Shown here: positions 38,807-49,759 of the stretch, one piece after another
Layout: each line of letters opens with the position of its first letter
Numbering within the stretch: the first letter of the stretch is position 1
NCBI GenBank assembly: GCA_965261005.1
Contig: OZ253375.1
Span: 2,304,001 to 2,368,000, forward strand
DNA length: 64,000 nt
Reading direction: 5' to 3'
Origin: Deinococcus sp.
Lineage (GTDB): Bacteria > Deinococcota > Deinococci > Deinococcales > Deinococcaceae
The notes under the pieces: model-generated
Told to the model about the DNA's origin: nothing
Seen by the model: only the letters and a program-made list of their open reading frames with translations
The model's database searches: none
Made by a program: the position numbers and the translations under genes

Positions 38807-39856
38807 GTGCCGACCATTCACGACGTCGCCAAGCTTGCCGGGGTCTCGGCCACCACGGCCAAGCGCGCGTTGCGTTCACCCGAGTTGCTCCACCCGGCGA
38901 CCCTCAAGCGGGTGCGCGCGGCGGTCGAGCAGCTGCACTACGAGCCGGACCGCACCGCCGGCGCCCTACGAAGGGGCCAAGGGCAGGTGGTGGGCCTGAT
39001 CGTCGGCTCCATTGTCGAGCCGTTTTTTGCCGAACTCGCCCGCAGCCTCAGCCGCGCCTTACAAGGCGCGGGGTACTCGGTGGTGCTGGCCGAAAACGAG
39101 TACCGCACCGACCTTGAGCTGGAAGCGCTGCGCCTGCTGCACGGCCAGCGGGTGGGCGCCCTGATCGTGCGCTCCGGCTACGGGCCTTCAAACGTGGATT
39201 ACCTGGAGCGGCTGCGGGGACGCGGGGTCTTCGTGCTGGAAATTGACCACCACATGCCGGACAGCCCCTTCGGCTGGGTGATGCTCGACAACGCGGGCTG
39301 CGTGCGCGAGGGGGTGCGTTACCTGCACGCCCTGGGCCACACCCGCGTCGCGGCGCTGGGCACCTACGACCCGGAGCGCCACCCCGAGGAGCGCTCACGG
39401 ACCTTTCCGCAGGTCATGTGCGAATTGGGCCTGAGCGTTCCCCCCGAGTACCAGCGGGTGATCCGCCTCAACGAGCAGGACGCGTACACCCTGACCCATC
39501 ATCTGATGCGCTTGCCCGAGCCGCCCACCGCCCTGTTCGCCTTGACGGGCACCGGCGCGAGCGGCGCCTTTAAGGCGCTGTGCGAATTGAACTTGCACAT
39601 TCCGCGGGACGTGTCCCTGCTCGCCTTCGACGACTCCCCCTGGATGTCCCTGGTGGACCCGCCCATTGATACCTTCGCCCAGCCGGTGCGTCAGATGGGC
39701 GAGGTCGCTGCCGACTTGGTGTTGCGGGCCATGCGCGGGAATGTGTCGGAAAACCTGCGGCTCACCTTGCCCGGCACGCTGCTCAGGCGCGGCAGCTGCG
39801 CGCCGCCGCGCGAGGTCTACCGCCACCACAGTCCCAGCGCCAGCCGCGCGCCGTAG
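38807..39856 (+). CDS. LacI family transcriptional regulator
   Basis: PTIHDVAKLAGVS HTH and IPRDVSLLAFDD; TATACT 6 nt before GTG. Confidence 0.92.
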   Translation: MPTIHDVAKLAGVSATTAKRALRSPELLHPATLKRVRAAVEQLHYEPDRTAGALRRGQGQVVGLIVGSIVEPFFAELARSLSRALQGAGYSVVLAENEYRTDLELEALRLLHGQRVGALIVRSGYGPSNVDYLERLRGRGVFVLEIDHHMPDSPFGWVMLDNAGCVREGVRYLHALGHTRVAALGTYDPERHPEERSRTFPQVMCELGLSVPPEYQRVIRLNEQDAYTLTHHLMRLPEPPTALFALTGTGASGAFKALCELNLHIPRDVSLLAFDDSPWMSLVDPPIDTFAQPVRQMGEVAADLVLRAMRGNVSENLRLTLPGTLLRRGSCAPPREVYRHHSPSASRAP

Positions 39857-40089
39857 AGTGGCACACCTCGCCGCGGCGTGGTCCCCGGTCCTCAATCACC
39901 TCCCGGGTCAGTTCGAGCATCGCCTGAGCGTCCCGAAACGCCGTCGCCATCTCATCCGGCAGCAGGCGGTGCAGCCGCAAGGTCCACAACCAGGTCTGAG
40001 CGCTGCACCGTTCGCGGACGGGCGCGACCTCATCGCCCGTCCGCTTCTCCCGTGTTTAGTCGTGATAAAAGCCTGCGGATCGGGAATCA

Positions 40090-40213
40090 TACGGGATTGC
40101 TTTGATTCCAACCTATGTTGGGAAAGCACCACCATAGGTTTCCATCGCCGCTATCCCGTGTCTTCTTGTACTCGCTCCGCTCGGATTCGTCTTCGACTTA
40201 TCTTAAGTTCGTA
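40090..40213 (-). mobile_element. Miniature repeat/MITE family A; copy with no internal module (124 bp)
   Basis: TACG..CGTA ends; abuts the TGA of the upstream gene. Confidence 0.85.
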
Positions 40214-42016
40214 TCAGGGGTAGCTGATCACGTTGCTCGGCACGGTGTTGGTGCCGGGAATGGGCACGGCGGCGCCGGCGTCGTTGATGACGTGGTCGAT
40301 AAAGCCCACGTTGCCCAGCGAGACGGTCAGCAGATCGTGGAACTTGACGCCGGGCACGTTCGGCACCTCAAAGGCGCGGTCGGCGCGCAGGGTCGGGTCC
40401 ACGTTAAAGAAACAGTAGACGCCCAGCCCCCACGCCTCGTGGCTGGTCACGCCGTCCGCCACCTTGTAGGCTGCGTAGCCGTTCGCGCCCGCGCGCCAAG
40501 TCGCTTGATCGGGGGCGTCGTAGGGCAGTTCGTTTTGGAAGAAGATGGTCTTGCCGCCCTGGCCGTTCCAGATGACCTCGTACTTTTGGTAGTGCTCGAC
40601 GAAGAGGCCGGTCGCGAGGACGTTGTCACCGTTGACGATCAAGCCGGTGTCGGCGGTGTTGATGGTCCAGCCGGTTGGAAAGGCGCCGTGGTCGGCGCGC
40701 CAAGCCCAGATGTGGTCAATGATGGCGTCGTCGCTGTTGACGATCAGGCTGGTGGTCGCCTTGCCCGCCACCGCCCCGCCGATGCGGAAGAACACGTCCT
40801 GAATGGTGGTGGGGTTGGCCGCGTGGCTGACGTGCGCGCCGGCCGTGCCGACCGTGAGCAGCGCCTGGCTGTTGGTCGTGCCCGCGTCGAACAGCAGGCC
40901 GGCGACCTTGACGCCGTCCACGTCCGCCACCGACATGGCGTTCACGCCGCCGTCGGGCACCAGCGTCGGAAAGCCGAGGCCGAGCACCACCGTGTTGGGC
41001 CGGGACACGTTGAGGGTCTGGCTGAGGTGGTACACGCCGGGGGTCAGGAACAGGTTGAGGCCCTGCGCCAGCGCCGCGTTCAGGGTCGCCGTACTGTCGC
41101 TCGGCCTCGCGACGTAGAACTGGCTCATCGGAATGCTGCTGCCGGGGGTGTTGGGCCACGAGGCGCCCGAGGCGTTCGTTCTCAGGCTGGGCACGAAGAC
41201 GGCGTACTTGCCGTTCTCGAAGTATAAATAAGGCTTTTCGCGCGAAACCGGGGTGGTCGCCAGCGTGGTGTAGGGCGGCTTGGGAAAGCTCTGCGCCGGG
41301 GCGCCGGTCACGCCCGAAAACACCATGTTCCAGTTCGAGTTGGTCCAGCCGCCGATGTCGCTGTCGCGGGTGTACCACTGCTGTTGCGAGCCGGAATTGA
41401 TGGTGCCGTCCACCTTGCTGTCGGCGATATAGCCGCCGCTGGCGTAACCGGTCGGGGCGCCCTGGTTGGACGGTCCCAGCGCCAGCCCACCCCGGACGTG
41501 CAGCCGGCGCATGGGGGCGGCCTGCGACACCGCCCAGCGGGTGGTGCCCCCGGACGGCACGACCGCCAGGTTCTCCGCCGACCGCCAGAAGTTCTGGGTG
41601 GCGTTGGTGAGGTCGCCGTAGTTCCAGCCGCTGTCCACGTTGATGTTGCCCCGAATGGTCACGTCGTCGGGATTTCTGCCCAGACCGGCCAGCGTGGTGT
41701 AAAAGCCCAGGTTGGCGTTGTTGCTGTAGGTGCCCGGCTTGAACAGAAACACGTGGCGCTCGTCGCCGAACTGCGCGGTCGGGCTGCGCAACTGGGCGCT
41801 GAAGGCGACGTCCAGCTGGGTCTGAATGTCGGCCTGCGGCGTGGACGGGTCGAAGATTGCCACGTTGGGACCGAAGTCCGGTGTGTCGGAGGTCGGCAGG
41901 CCATTCGAGGGCGGTGTTGTGGGCGGCGGCGAAGAGGGCGGGTTGAACAGGTCCTGCTGTCCACAACTGCTCAGCACGACGGTCAGGCCCACCAGAAAAG
42001 CGCTGGCTTTTTTCAT
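40214..42016 (-). CDS. GH55-like beta-1,3-glucanase, predicted lipoprotein
   Basis: Lipobox LSSC, QNFWRSAEN, WAVSQAAPMRR, SQQQW, HIWAWRADH, GLFVEHYQ and FQNELPYD. Confidence 0.75.
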   Translation of the reverse strand: MKKASAFLVGLTVVLSSCGQQDLFNPPSSPPPTTPPSNGLPTSDTPDFGPNVAIFDPSTPQADIQTQLDVAFSAQLRSPTAQFGDERHVFLFKPGTYSNNANLGFYTTLAGLGRNPDDVTIRGNINVDSGWNYGDLTNATQNFWRSAENLAVVPSGGTTRWAVSQAAPMRRLHVRGGLALGPSNQGAPTGYASGGYIADSKVDGTINSGSQQQWYTRDSDIGGWTNSNWNMVFSGVTGAPAQSFPKPPYTTLATTPVSREKPYLYFENGKYAVFVPSLRTNASGASWPNTPGSSIPMSQFYVARPSDSTATLNAALAQGLNLFLTPGVYHLSQTLNVSRPNTVVLGLGFPTLVPDGGVNAMSVADVDGVKVAGLLFDAGTTNSQALLTVGTAGAHVSHAANPTTIQDVFFRIGGAVAGKATTSLIVNSDDAIIDHIWAWRADHGAFPTGWTINTADTGLIVNGDNVLATGLFVEHYQKYEVIWNGQGGKTIFFQNELPYDAPDQATWRAGANGYAAYKVADGVTSHEAWGLGVYCFFNVDPTLRADRAFEVPNVPGVKFHDLLTVSLGNVGFIDHVINDAGAAVPIPGTNTVPSNVISYP

Positions 42017-42182
42017 GTACACCCCTGGGAAAGTAAGAAGATGGCGGCGTGGTAGGGCTTGAGTAGTTTTCGAGTACGCCCACACTATTAGCGGTACAAA
42101 AATGAAAAGGACGTAAGGACCGCCGTCAGTTGGCCCGGTTTTGTAAAGGTTTCACATCATCGCGCCCTCTATAAAAATCAGC

Positions 42183-42713
42183 TCAAGGGCCGGGATTCGC
42201 CAGAATACCCACGTCCGGCCAGCCCAGCGCCACCTCGCGCAAGGCGGCGCCCCCGATCTCGATGTCCCGCTCGGTCACGTACTGGCCGCCCAAGCGTTCG
42301 TAGAAGCCGCGCGAGGGGTTATCCTTCAGGACCCACAGGGCCAGGTCTTTGAAGCCCCCAGCTTGCAATTCTCTTGCCAGGGCGCCCACCAGCGCCCGCC
42401 CGGCGCCGCGCCCCTGGGCCGCGCGCAGCAGGTAGATGGCGTACAGCTCGCCGCCGAAGCCGGGAATGCCGGACTGCGCCGGGCCGCCGCCCACGAAGCC
42501 GAACACGCCGTTCTCGTCCTGAGCCACCAAGACGGTTTGCGTCTCCAACTGCCCGCGCCAGCGCTCGGCGCGGCGCTCCCGACCGAGGGGTAAGCCGTCC
42601 AGGTAGCCTTGCGGCACCAGCCCGCTGTAGGTGCTTTGCCAGCTGGCAATCTGCACGTAGGCGATGTCCGGGGCGTCGGCGGGCGTGGCGCGGCGAAGGC
42701 GGAAGGGCGGCAT
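42183..42713 (-). CDS. GNAT family N-acetyltransferase
   Basis: ELYAIYL..AQGRGAGRAL, LWVLKDN and FYERLGG. Confidence 0.9.
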   Translation of the reverse strand: MPPFRLRRATPADAPDIAYVQIASWQSTYSGLVPQGYLDGLPLGRERRAERWRGQLETQTVLVAQDENGVFGFVGGGPAQSGIPGFGGELYAIYLLRAAQGRGAGRALVGALARELQAGGFKDLALWVLKDNPSRGFYERLGGQYVTERDIEIGGAALREVALGWPDVGILANPGP

Positions 42714-42726
42714 GGCCCAGTTTAAT

Positions 42727-43350
42727 TCAGTCGCTCAGGCCCACTGCCTGTCCCAGCCAGGCGTCATTTTCCAATTGGGCCAGCATAAAGTGCGCCACGT
42801 CGGCGCGGGCGACGCGGCCCATGCCCGCGACCTTCAGGTAGGGCGCGGCGCGGTAAGCGTATTTGGGCGGCGCATTGGTCAGGCCGCTGGGGCGCGCGAT
42901 CACCCAGTCCAGGCCGCTGTCCTTTACCAGCTGTTCCTGCTTCTCCTTGTCGGCCATCTCCTCGCGCAGCAGCAGCGGCACCAGCACCCGCTCGAACAGC
43001 CAGCCCGCCTCCCCCTTGGAGTCGCCCACCCCGAGGGCGCTCTCCACGATCATTCGCTTTCCGCCGTGCTTGTGTAGCCCCTGAATGGCGTGCAGCGTGC
43101 CCGCCGCGCAGGGCTGCGGGCCGCGCGGCTTGCCGCCCAGCGTGACCAGGGCGGCCTCCTGCCCCTCGCAGGCGGCGACCACCTGAGCCGCGTCGAACAC
43201 GTCCCCCTCCACCACCCTCAGCCGGTCGTGGCGCATCTGGAGTTTGTCCGGCGTCCTGGCGTAGGCGGTGACGCGGTGCCCGGCGCCGAGCGCCTGACGC
43301 ACCACCTCGCGGCCGGTGCCGCCGGTCGGACCAAAAACAATCACATTCAT
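42727..43350 (-). CDS. NAD(P)H-binding oxidoreductase (flavin reductase-like atypical SDR)
   Basis: VFGPTGGTG, LDWVIARP and RADVA.FML. Confidence 0.87.
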   Translation of the reverse strand: MNVIVFGPTGGTGREVVRQALGAGHRVTAYARTPDKLQMRHDRLRVVEGDVFDAAQVVAACEGQEAALVTLGGKPRGPQPCAAGTLHAIQGLHKHGGKRMIVESALGVGDSKGEAGWLFERVLVPLLLREEMADKEKQEQLVKDSGLDWVIARPSGLTNAPPKYAYRAAPYLKVAGMGRVARADVAHFMLAQLENDAWLGQAVGLSD

Positions 43351-43416
43351 AAGGCGATGACGTTCATGGGTTCAGCTTGACCGGCGCGCATGAGGGGGCG
43401 CGTTCAAAACGTTCAG

Positions 43417-44514
43417 CTACTTCCCGAACTGGTACAAATCCCCCGAGCCGTAGTCGGCCAGGTACAGCTCGCCCGCCTCGTTCTCGCCAAAGGTGGAGAC
43501 GTTGTGGCCGCTGTCCATCAGCTTGCTGGCTTGCCAGCTGTTGCCGCTCTTGGTCGCGGCCCAGATTGTGCCGCTGCCGAAGTCGGCGTAGACGTACTTG
43601 CCCCTCAGGGCGGGCACGGCCCCGCCTCTGTACACGTAACCCCCGGTCACCGAGTTGCCCTGCGCGTGACCGTACTGAAGGATCGGGTTTTGCAAGTTGC
43701 CCTTCTCGCACCCCGAGGCCGGCTGGTAGCAGGCGTCCGCTTCCTTCAGGTGCCAGCCGTAGTTCTGGCCGCCCGCGCTGCCGGTTGGCAGGAAGTTGAT
43801 CTCCTCGTACTTGTTCTGGCCCACGTCGGCGATAAATAAACCTTGTTTATCGAAGCTGAAGCGCCACGGGTTGCGCAGCCCGTAGGCGAAGATCTCGCCG
43901 CGCGCCCCGGCCTTGGTCGCGAAGGGGTTGTCTTTTGGAATGGCGTACCCGTCCCCGCTCACGTCGAGGCGCAGCAGCTTGCCCAGCAGGCTCCCCAGGT
44001 TCTGCGCGTTGTTCTGCGGGTCGCCCGCGCTGCCGCCGTCGCCCATGCCGACGTACAGGTAGCCGTCCGGCCCGAAGGCGAGCTGCCCGCCGTTGTGGTT
44101 CGAGTAGGGCTGCTTGATGGTCAGGAGGATTTTGGCGGAGTTGGGGTCGGCCCGGTCCCCCTTGGCCGTGTAGCGCGCGATCACGGTGTCCCCGTTCTGA
44201 TTGGTGTAGTCCACGAACAGCCGCCCGTTCTGCTTGAACTTGGGATCGAAGGCGAGGCCGAGCAGGCCGCGCTCGCCGCCCGCGCGGGTCAGGTCGCGCA
44301 CGTCCAAAAAGGGCTGAGACAGCACCTTCCCATCCTTCATCACCCTCACCAGGCCGCCCTGCTCCACCACGAAAACGCGCCCCGAGCCGTCGCCGGCGTT
44401 GGTGACGCTGGTCGGCCGCTCGAAGCCCGAGGCCACCTTGACCAGCTTGACGTCCTGCGCCGAGGCCAGCGAGAAAGTAAGAATGGCGCCCAGCGCCAGG
44501 ACTTGTTTGTTCAT
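43417..44514 (-). CDS. PQQ-dependent sugar (glucose/sorbosone) dehydrogenase family, secreted
   Basis: Signal peptide, ERGLLGLAF, NHNGGQLAFGPDG, GLRNPWRFSFD and DVGQ..EEIN. Confidence 0.9.
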   Translation of the reverse strand: MNKQVLALGAILTFSLASAQDVKLVKVASGFERPTSVTNAGDGSGRVFVVEQGGLVRVMKDGKVLSQPFLDVRDLTRAGGERGLLGLAFDPKFKQNGRLFVDYTNQNGDTVIARYTAKGDRADPNSAKILLTIKQPYSNHNGGQLAFGPDGYLYVGMGDGGSAGDPQNNAQNLGSLLGKLLRLDVSGDGYAIPKDNPFATKAGARGEIFAYGLRNPWRFSFDKQGLFIADVGQNKYEEINFLPTGSAGGQNYGWHLKEADACYQPASGCEKGNLQNPILQYGHAQGNSVTGGYVYRGGAVPALRGKYVYADFGSGTIWAATKSGNSWQASKLMDSGHNVSTFGENEAGELYLADYGSGDLYQFGK

Positions 44515-44574
44515 GGCCGCAGTTTGGCAGGCGGGGGGGTGAGGATCAGTAAAGCCCTGTGCCATCATGCCCGC

Positions 44575-45405
44575 ATGACGCCGCCCGTGCCCGTTCACAG
44601 CTGGCGCGCGGCCGAGTTGGGCGGTTTTGACTTGCTGCGCGGCAGCTTCACCACCCACGCCTTTGCCCGCCACGCTCACGAAACTTACAGCGTCGGCTTG
44701 CTGGAGCGGGGGGCCATGACCTTCGCTTACCGGGGGAGCGTTCACACGCTGCGGCCGGGGCTGATCGGCCTGATTCACCCGGATGAGGCGCACGACGGGC
44801 ACGCGGACGACCGCGAGGGCTGGACCTACCGCAACTTCTACCCGGCGGCGGCCGTCATGCGGGGCTCCTTTTTTGAAGATGGCGAGAACGCCGTGTGCCT
44901 GCCCCGCTTGCCGGCCGTGATCCACGACCCGCCGCTGCTGCGGGCGCTGGTCATTGCCCACCAAGCCTTTGAATCTTCCGCCTCCAGCCTGGCGCGCGAG
45001 TCCCTGATGCGCGCGACCCTGACGGGCTTGGTGCTGCGCCACGCCGCCCGGCCGCCCGCGCTGCCTATCGCTGGAAAAGAGGCCGGCGCGTTGGCCCTGG
45101 TGCGGGCCAAGCTCGAAGAGGAGTGGGCGAACAACGTCACCCTGGACGAGCTGGCGCACTTGGCGGGCCTGAACGCTTTCACCCTGCTGCGCGTCTTTCG
45201 CCGAGCTTACGGATTGCCGCCGCACGCCTACCAAATTCAGGTGCGGCTGCGCCACGCCAAGCGGCTGCTGCGTGAAGGGGAGACGCCCGCGCAGGCCGCT
45301 TTGCACGCGGGCTTCGCCGACCAAAGTCACCTGGGGCGGCACTTCCGCCGGACCTTCGGCGTCACGCCGCAGCAGTACCGCCGGGGGACGTCAAGAACGT
45401 TCTAG
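44575..45405 (+). CDS. AraC family transcriptional regulator
   Basis: FARHAHE cupin domain and GFADQSHL.RHFRR.FGVTP..YR. Confidence 0.92.
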   Translation: MTPPVPVHSWRAAELGGFDLLRGSFTTHAFARHAHETYSVGLLERGAMTFAYRGSVHTLRPGLIGLIHPDEAHDGHADDREGWTYRNFYPAAAVMRGSFFEDGENAVCLPRLPAVIHDPPLLRALVIAHQAFESSASSLARESLMRATLTGLVLRHAARPPALPIAGKEAGALALVRAKLEEEWANNVTLDELAHLAGLNAFTLLRVFRRAYGLPPHAYQIQVRLRHAKRLLREGETPAQAALHAGFADQSHLGRHFRRTFGVTPQQYRRGTSRTF

Positions 45406-45438
45406 AACCTGGGGGCCGGCCAGCGCTGGCGTTCGGAG

Positions 45439-46128
45439 ATGCTTGAGATTCGAGTGACCGACCGCTGGCGCGAGACCTTTCCCGGCGGACACGTCGGCGT
45501 TCTGCTGATCGGGAACGTGGACAACACGGGACGCTCGGCGGCCCTGGACCAGAGGAAACGGGAGCTGGAGGGGCGCTTGCGCGAGCAGTTTGGGAATCGG
45601 TCCCGCGCGGAGCTGCAAGAGCTGGAGGTGCTGAGGGCTTACCGCGACTACTACAAGCAGTTCGATCAGACCTACCACGTTCAGCTTCAATTGGAGTCGG
45701 TGGCCCACAAGGGGAAAGCCCTGCCGAACGTCAGCCCGCTGGTGGACGCGAGCTTTGCCGCCGAGCTGGACACCCTGGTCCTGACCGCCAGCCACGACGC
45801 CGACTCGCTGGAAGGGCCGCTCACCCTGGACGCCACGCGCGGCGGTGAGGCGTTCACCCAGATGAACGGCTCGGCCCGCACCCTCAAGCCGGGCGACATG
45901 ATGATGGCCGACGCTGGGGGTGTGGTCTGCACCATCCTCTACGGCCAGGACCGCCGCACGCCGGTCTCACCGCAGACCCGCCGCGCCCTGTATGTCGCCT
46001 ACGCGCCGCCGGGCGTGCCGGAAGAGGCGGTGCGGCGGCAGCTGGAGGCCATCCGCGAGAACGTCCTGCTGTTCGCGCCGGGGGCGGTGACGGAGGGGCG
46101 GCAGATGTACGCGGTAAGGCGGGAATGA
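45439..46128 (+). CDS. Standalone B3/B4 domain protein (PheRS beta editing-domain homolog)
   Basis: AYRDYYK.F, LPNVSPLVD, SHDADSL and RT.VSPQTR. Confidence 0.75.
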   Translation: MLEIRVTDRWRETFPGGHVGVLLIGNVDNTGRSAALDQRKRELEGRLREQFGNRSRAELQELEVLRAYRDYYKQFDQTYHVQLQLESVAHKGKALPNVSPLVDASFAAELDTLVLTASHDADSLEGPLTLDATRGGEAFTQMNGSARTLKPGDMMMADAGGVVCTILYGQDRRTPVSPQTRRALYVAYAPPGVPEEAVRRQLEAIRENVLLFAPGAVTEGRQMYAVRRE

Positions 46129-46155
46129 GTTGGACTGAACGGGCTAGACTAATCC

Positions 46156-46503
46156 ATGCTCACCATCGGCTCCATCGTCTGGGGCGTCCGGGACGTGCCG
46201 CGCGCCATCCGCTTCTGGACGGAAGCTCTGAACTATAAGCCGCGCGAAGAACCGTCCGGGGATTGGGCCGTCCTGGTTCCGGCGGAGGGGCCGGGGCCGC
46301 AACTCGCCGTCAAGCTGGTCACGTCGGAGGCGGGGAACCACCGGCGCCATCACCTCGACTTGTACGCCGGGGATCAAGGGGCGGAGGTCGAGCGCCTCCT
46401 TCGGCTCGGCGCCGAGCGGGTGGAGTGGCGCTACGGACCGGGCGCCGACTACGTCGTGCTGGCGGACCCGGACGGCAACCGCTTCTGCGTCGTGCAGAAG
46501 TGA
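46156..46503 (+). CDS. VOC (glyoxalase-like) family protein
   Basis: RHHLDL, EVERLLRLGA and VVLADPDGNRFCV. Confidence 0.9.
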   Translation: MLTIGSIVWGVRDVPRAIRFWTEALNYKPREEPSGDWAVLVPAEGPGPQLAVKLVTSEAGNHRRHHLDLYAGDQGAEVERLLRLGAERVEWRYGPGADYVVLADPDGNRFCVVQK

Positions 46504-47354
46504 CGGCCTCGCCCATTCTCGACCTCGCCGGCGTCACGCTGGAGGTCAACCACCTGGCGCGCGGGGTGCGCTTTTACGTTCAGGTGCTGGGCCTGACCCT
46601 CGTGCGTCACGACCCGAGCCTTGGCGTGGCCGAGCTGGCGGTGAACCCGCACCAAAGCCTGACGCTGTGGCAGCCCATCACCCGCGTGCAGCCCGACCCT
46701 CGCCTCGCCCGCCTGGGGGCGCGCGGGGCGGCCCACCTGCACTACGCTTGGCAGGTGTTGCCGGGGGCCTTGCCGGGTTGCCGGGAAGTTTTAGAAGCGC
46801 AGGGCGTGGCGTACCAGGACATCAACCTCGGCACAGAGGAGAAACCCGATTGGGGCGTGTACTTCTTCGATCCCTTCGGGCACGGGCTGGAGCTGCGAGA
46901 GGTGGACCCAGGGGACGCGCGCCAACCGCTGTTCAGCCCCAGCTTCATAGAGCGCCCCCCCCACGCCCTGCCGGTGGTCGGGCTGCGCGAGGCGGCCCTG
47001 GCCTTTTTCGACTACGCCGCCATGAAGGAGCGCTTGCCGAGGGCCTACGGCTTGGCGCTGTTCAAGGAGCAGGCGGGGCGCGACTTCGCCCAGTTCACCC
47101 TCGCGCGTGAGGCCGCCGAGGACGGCAACGGCACCCCCCAGCGCTGGCTCTACGCCTGGGACCCGCAGGTGGGTCTGGCCGACATGCTGGGCGGCGACCA
47201 CGCCACGCTGCGCTTTTACGCGGACGTGGAGACGGTGGCGGGGTTGGTTGAGAAGGCCGGCCTGGACCACATTTACGACGACTTGGGCTTGGCCGTCCGC
47301 GACCCGGAAGGTCACGTGTTCGAGTTCGTCTCCTCTTCCAGCGCCTCGCGGTAG
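46500..47354 (+). CDS. Two-domain VOC family protein
   Basis: FYVQVLGL, YFFDPFGHGLE and RDPEGHVFE; GTGA overlap with the upstream gene. Confidence 0.8.
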   Translation: MTASPILDLAGVTLEVNHLARGVRFYVQVLGLTLVRHDPSLGVAELAVNPHQSLTLWQPITRVQPDPRLARLGARGAAHLHYAWQVLPGALPGCREVLEAQGVAYQDINLGTEEKPDWGVYFFDPFGHGLELREVDPGDARQPLFSPSFIERPPHALPVVGLREAALAFFDYAAMKERLPRAYGLALFKEQAGRDFAQFTLAREAAEDGNGTPQRWLYAWDPQVGLADMLGGDHATLRFYADVETVAGLVEKAGLDHIYDDLGLAVRDPEGHVFEFVSSSSASR

Positions 47355-47704
47355 GCCGCCTGGGTCCCCGACAGGCCGGGCAGCAGGGCCAGGCCGCGCA
47401 GCAGGTTGCCGCGCGCCTTCAGCTCACCGCTCGACAAGGCGTGCATGACGTTGAGCTTGCCGGACCAGAAGTGGTTGATCGCGTCGCCCGTCATCTCGAA
47501 AATGAGGTCGGGCGCCGGCTCCAGGGTGTCCCAGCGCGCCGTCACTTCCCCGCCGCGCCCGTCGAGCAGCAGGGTCAGCTCCGGGTCGTGGTGGACGAAG
47601 GCGACCGCCAGCCCCGCCTTGGTCAGGGCCGCGTCCGCGTCGCCGCCCGCGCGCCGGGCCAGCATGCGCTCTAAACGTGTTTTGAGCTGTTCGCAAGAGG
47701 TCAT
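47312..47704 (-). CDS. SCP2 sterol/lipid-binding domain protein
   Basis: GKLNVMHALSSGELKARGNL motif. Confidence 0.7.
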   Translation of the reverse strand: MTSCEQLKTRLERMLARRAGGDADAALTKAGLAVAFVHHDPELTLLLDGRGGEVTARWDTLEPAPDLIFEMTGDAINHFWSGKLNVMHALSSGELKARGNLLRGLALLPGLSGTQAAYREALEEETNSNT

Positions 47705-47767
47705 GTTTCCAAGATGCGCCGGCGCCCACCGGCAAGGCTGTAGCATGTCGCCATCTTTGGAGGTGGC

Positions 47768-48814
<1,047 letters not shown>

Positions 48815-49725
48815 GTGCGGGCCGTGCGTGTGGTGGCGCCCGCGTCGAGCGCCAACTTGGGGCCGGGCTTCGATTGCGTGGGCCTCGCGCTCTCGCTGTA
48901 CACCAGCGTGTTGGCCGAGCTGTCGGAGGTGCCGGAGGTTGTCACCGACTTGCCGGGCGTGCCGAAAGACGAGACCAACGCCGTGTACGCCGCCGCGCTG
49001 CTCTCAGCGCGTGCCGCCGGGCGAAGCTTGCCCCCGCTGCGCCTGACGGTGCGCAGCGAGGTGCCGCTGGCGCGCGGCCTGGGGTCGAGTGCGGCGGCCT
49101 TGGTGGCGGGGTTGCTGGCCGGCAACGCGCTGTTGGGGGAACCGCTGTCCCGGGGGGACCTGCTCGACCTGGCCGCAAGCGAGGAGGGCCACCCCGACAA
49201 CGTGGGCGCCTGCCTGCTGGGGGGGGCGGTGGTGGCGACCCTGGCGCGCGGCCGGGTGAGCGTGGTGCGCGCCGCGCCGCCGCCCGACTTGGGCGCGCTG
49301 CTGCTGATTCCCGACTTCGAGCTGCGCACCAGTGAGGCGCGGCGGGTCTTGCCGCTCAATTACTCGCGCGCCGACGCGGTTCACGCCCTGTCGCACGCGG
49401 CCCTGCTGGCGGCGGCCTTGGTCACGGGGGACCTGCCCGCCCTTGGGGCGGCCATGCACGACCGTCTGCACGAGCCGTACCGCGCCCGCTTGGTGCCTGG
49501 CCTGAGCGACGTGCTGGAGGAAGCGCGCGACCACGGCGCCCTGGGCGCGGCCCTCTCCGGCGCCGGTCCCAGCGTGCTGTGCTTTTATGACCGCCGCGAA
49601 GGGGGCGCCCGCGAGCGCCTGAACGCCTTTTGGCCCGCGTGCTGCGCCAGCACGAATTGACCGGCAAGGTTTTACCCCTTCAAGTGGAGGGGCGGGGCGC
49701 GCGGGTAGAAACGCTGGCTGGATAG
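48815..49725 (+). CDS. thrB: Homoserine kinase with an apparent frameshift near 49628-49631; as sequenced the ORF stops at 49660
   Basis: [29 protein letters not shown] and SGAGPS; a ThrB-like C-terminus lies in the -1 frame. Confidence 0.88.
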
Positions 49726-49759
49726 GGCGGGCAAGCTCTGCCCTTCGGCGGAATCCGTA

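Noticed and set aside
39783..40050. Protein-like minus-strand stretch (..WLWTLRLHRLLPDEMATAFRDAQAMLELTREVIEDRG..)
   Set aside because: No convincing start, it overlaps the lacI 3' end and I recognise no family; possibly a remnant but unsupported
43417..45405. Apparent long overlapping ORFs 43417-45342 (-) and 43843-45405 (+)
   Set aside because: The real genes start at 44514 (-) and 44575 (+); the extensions are each other's antisense frames
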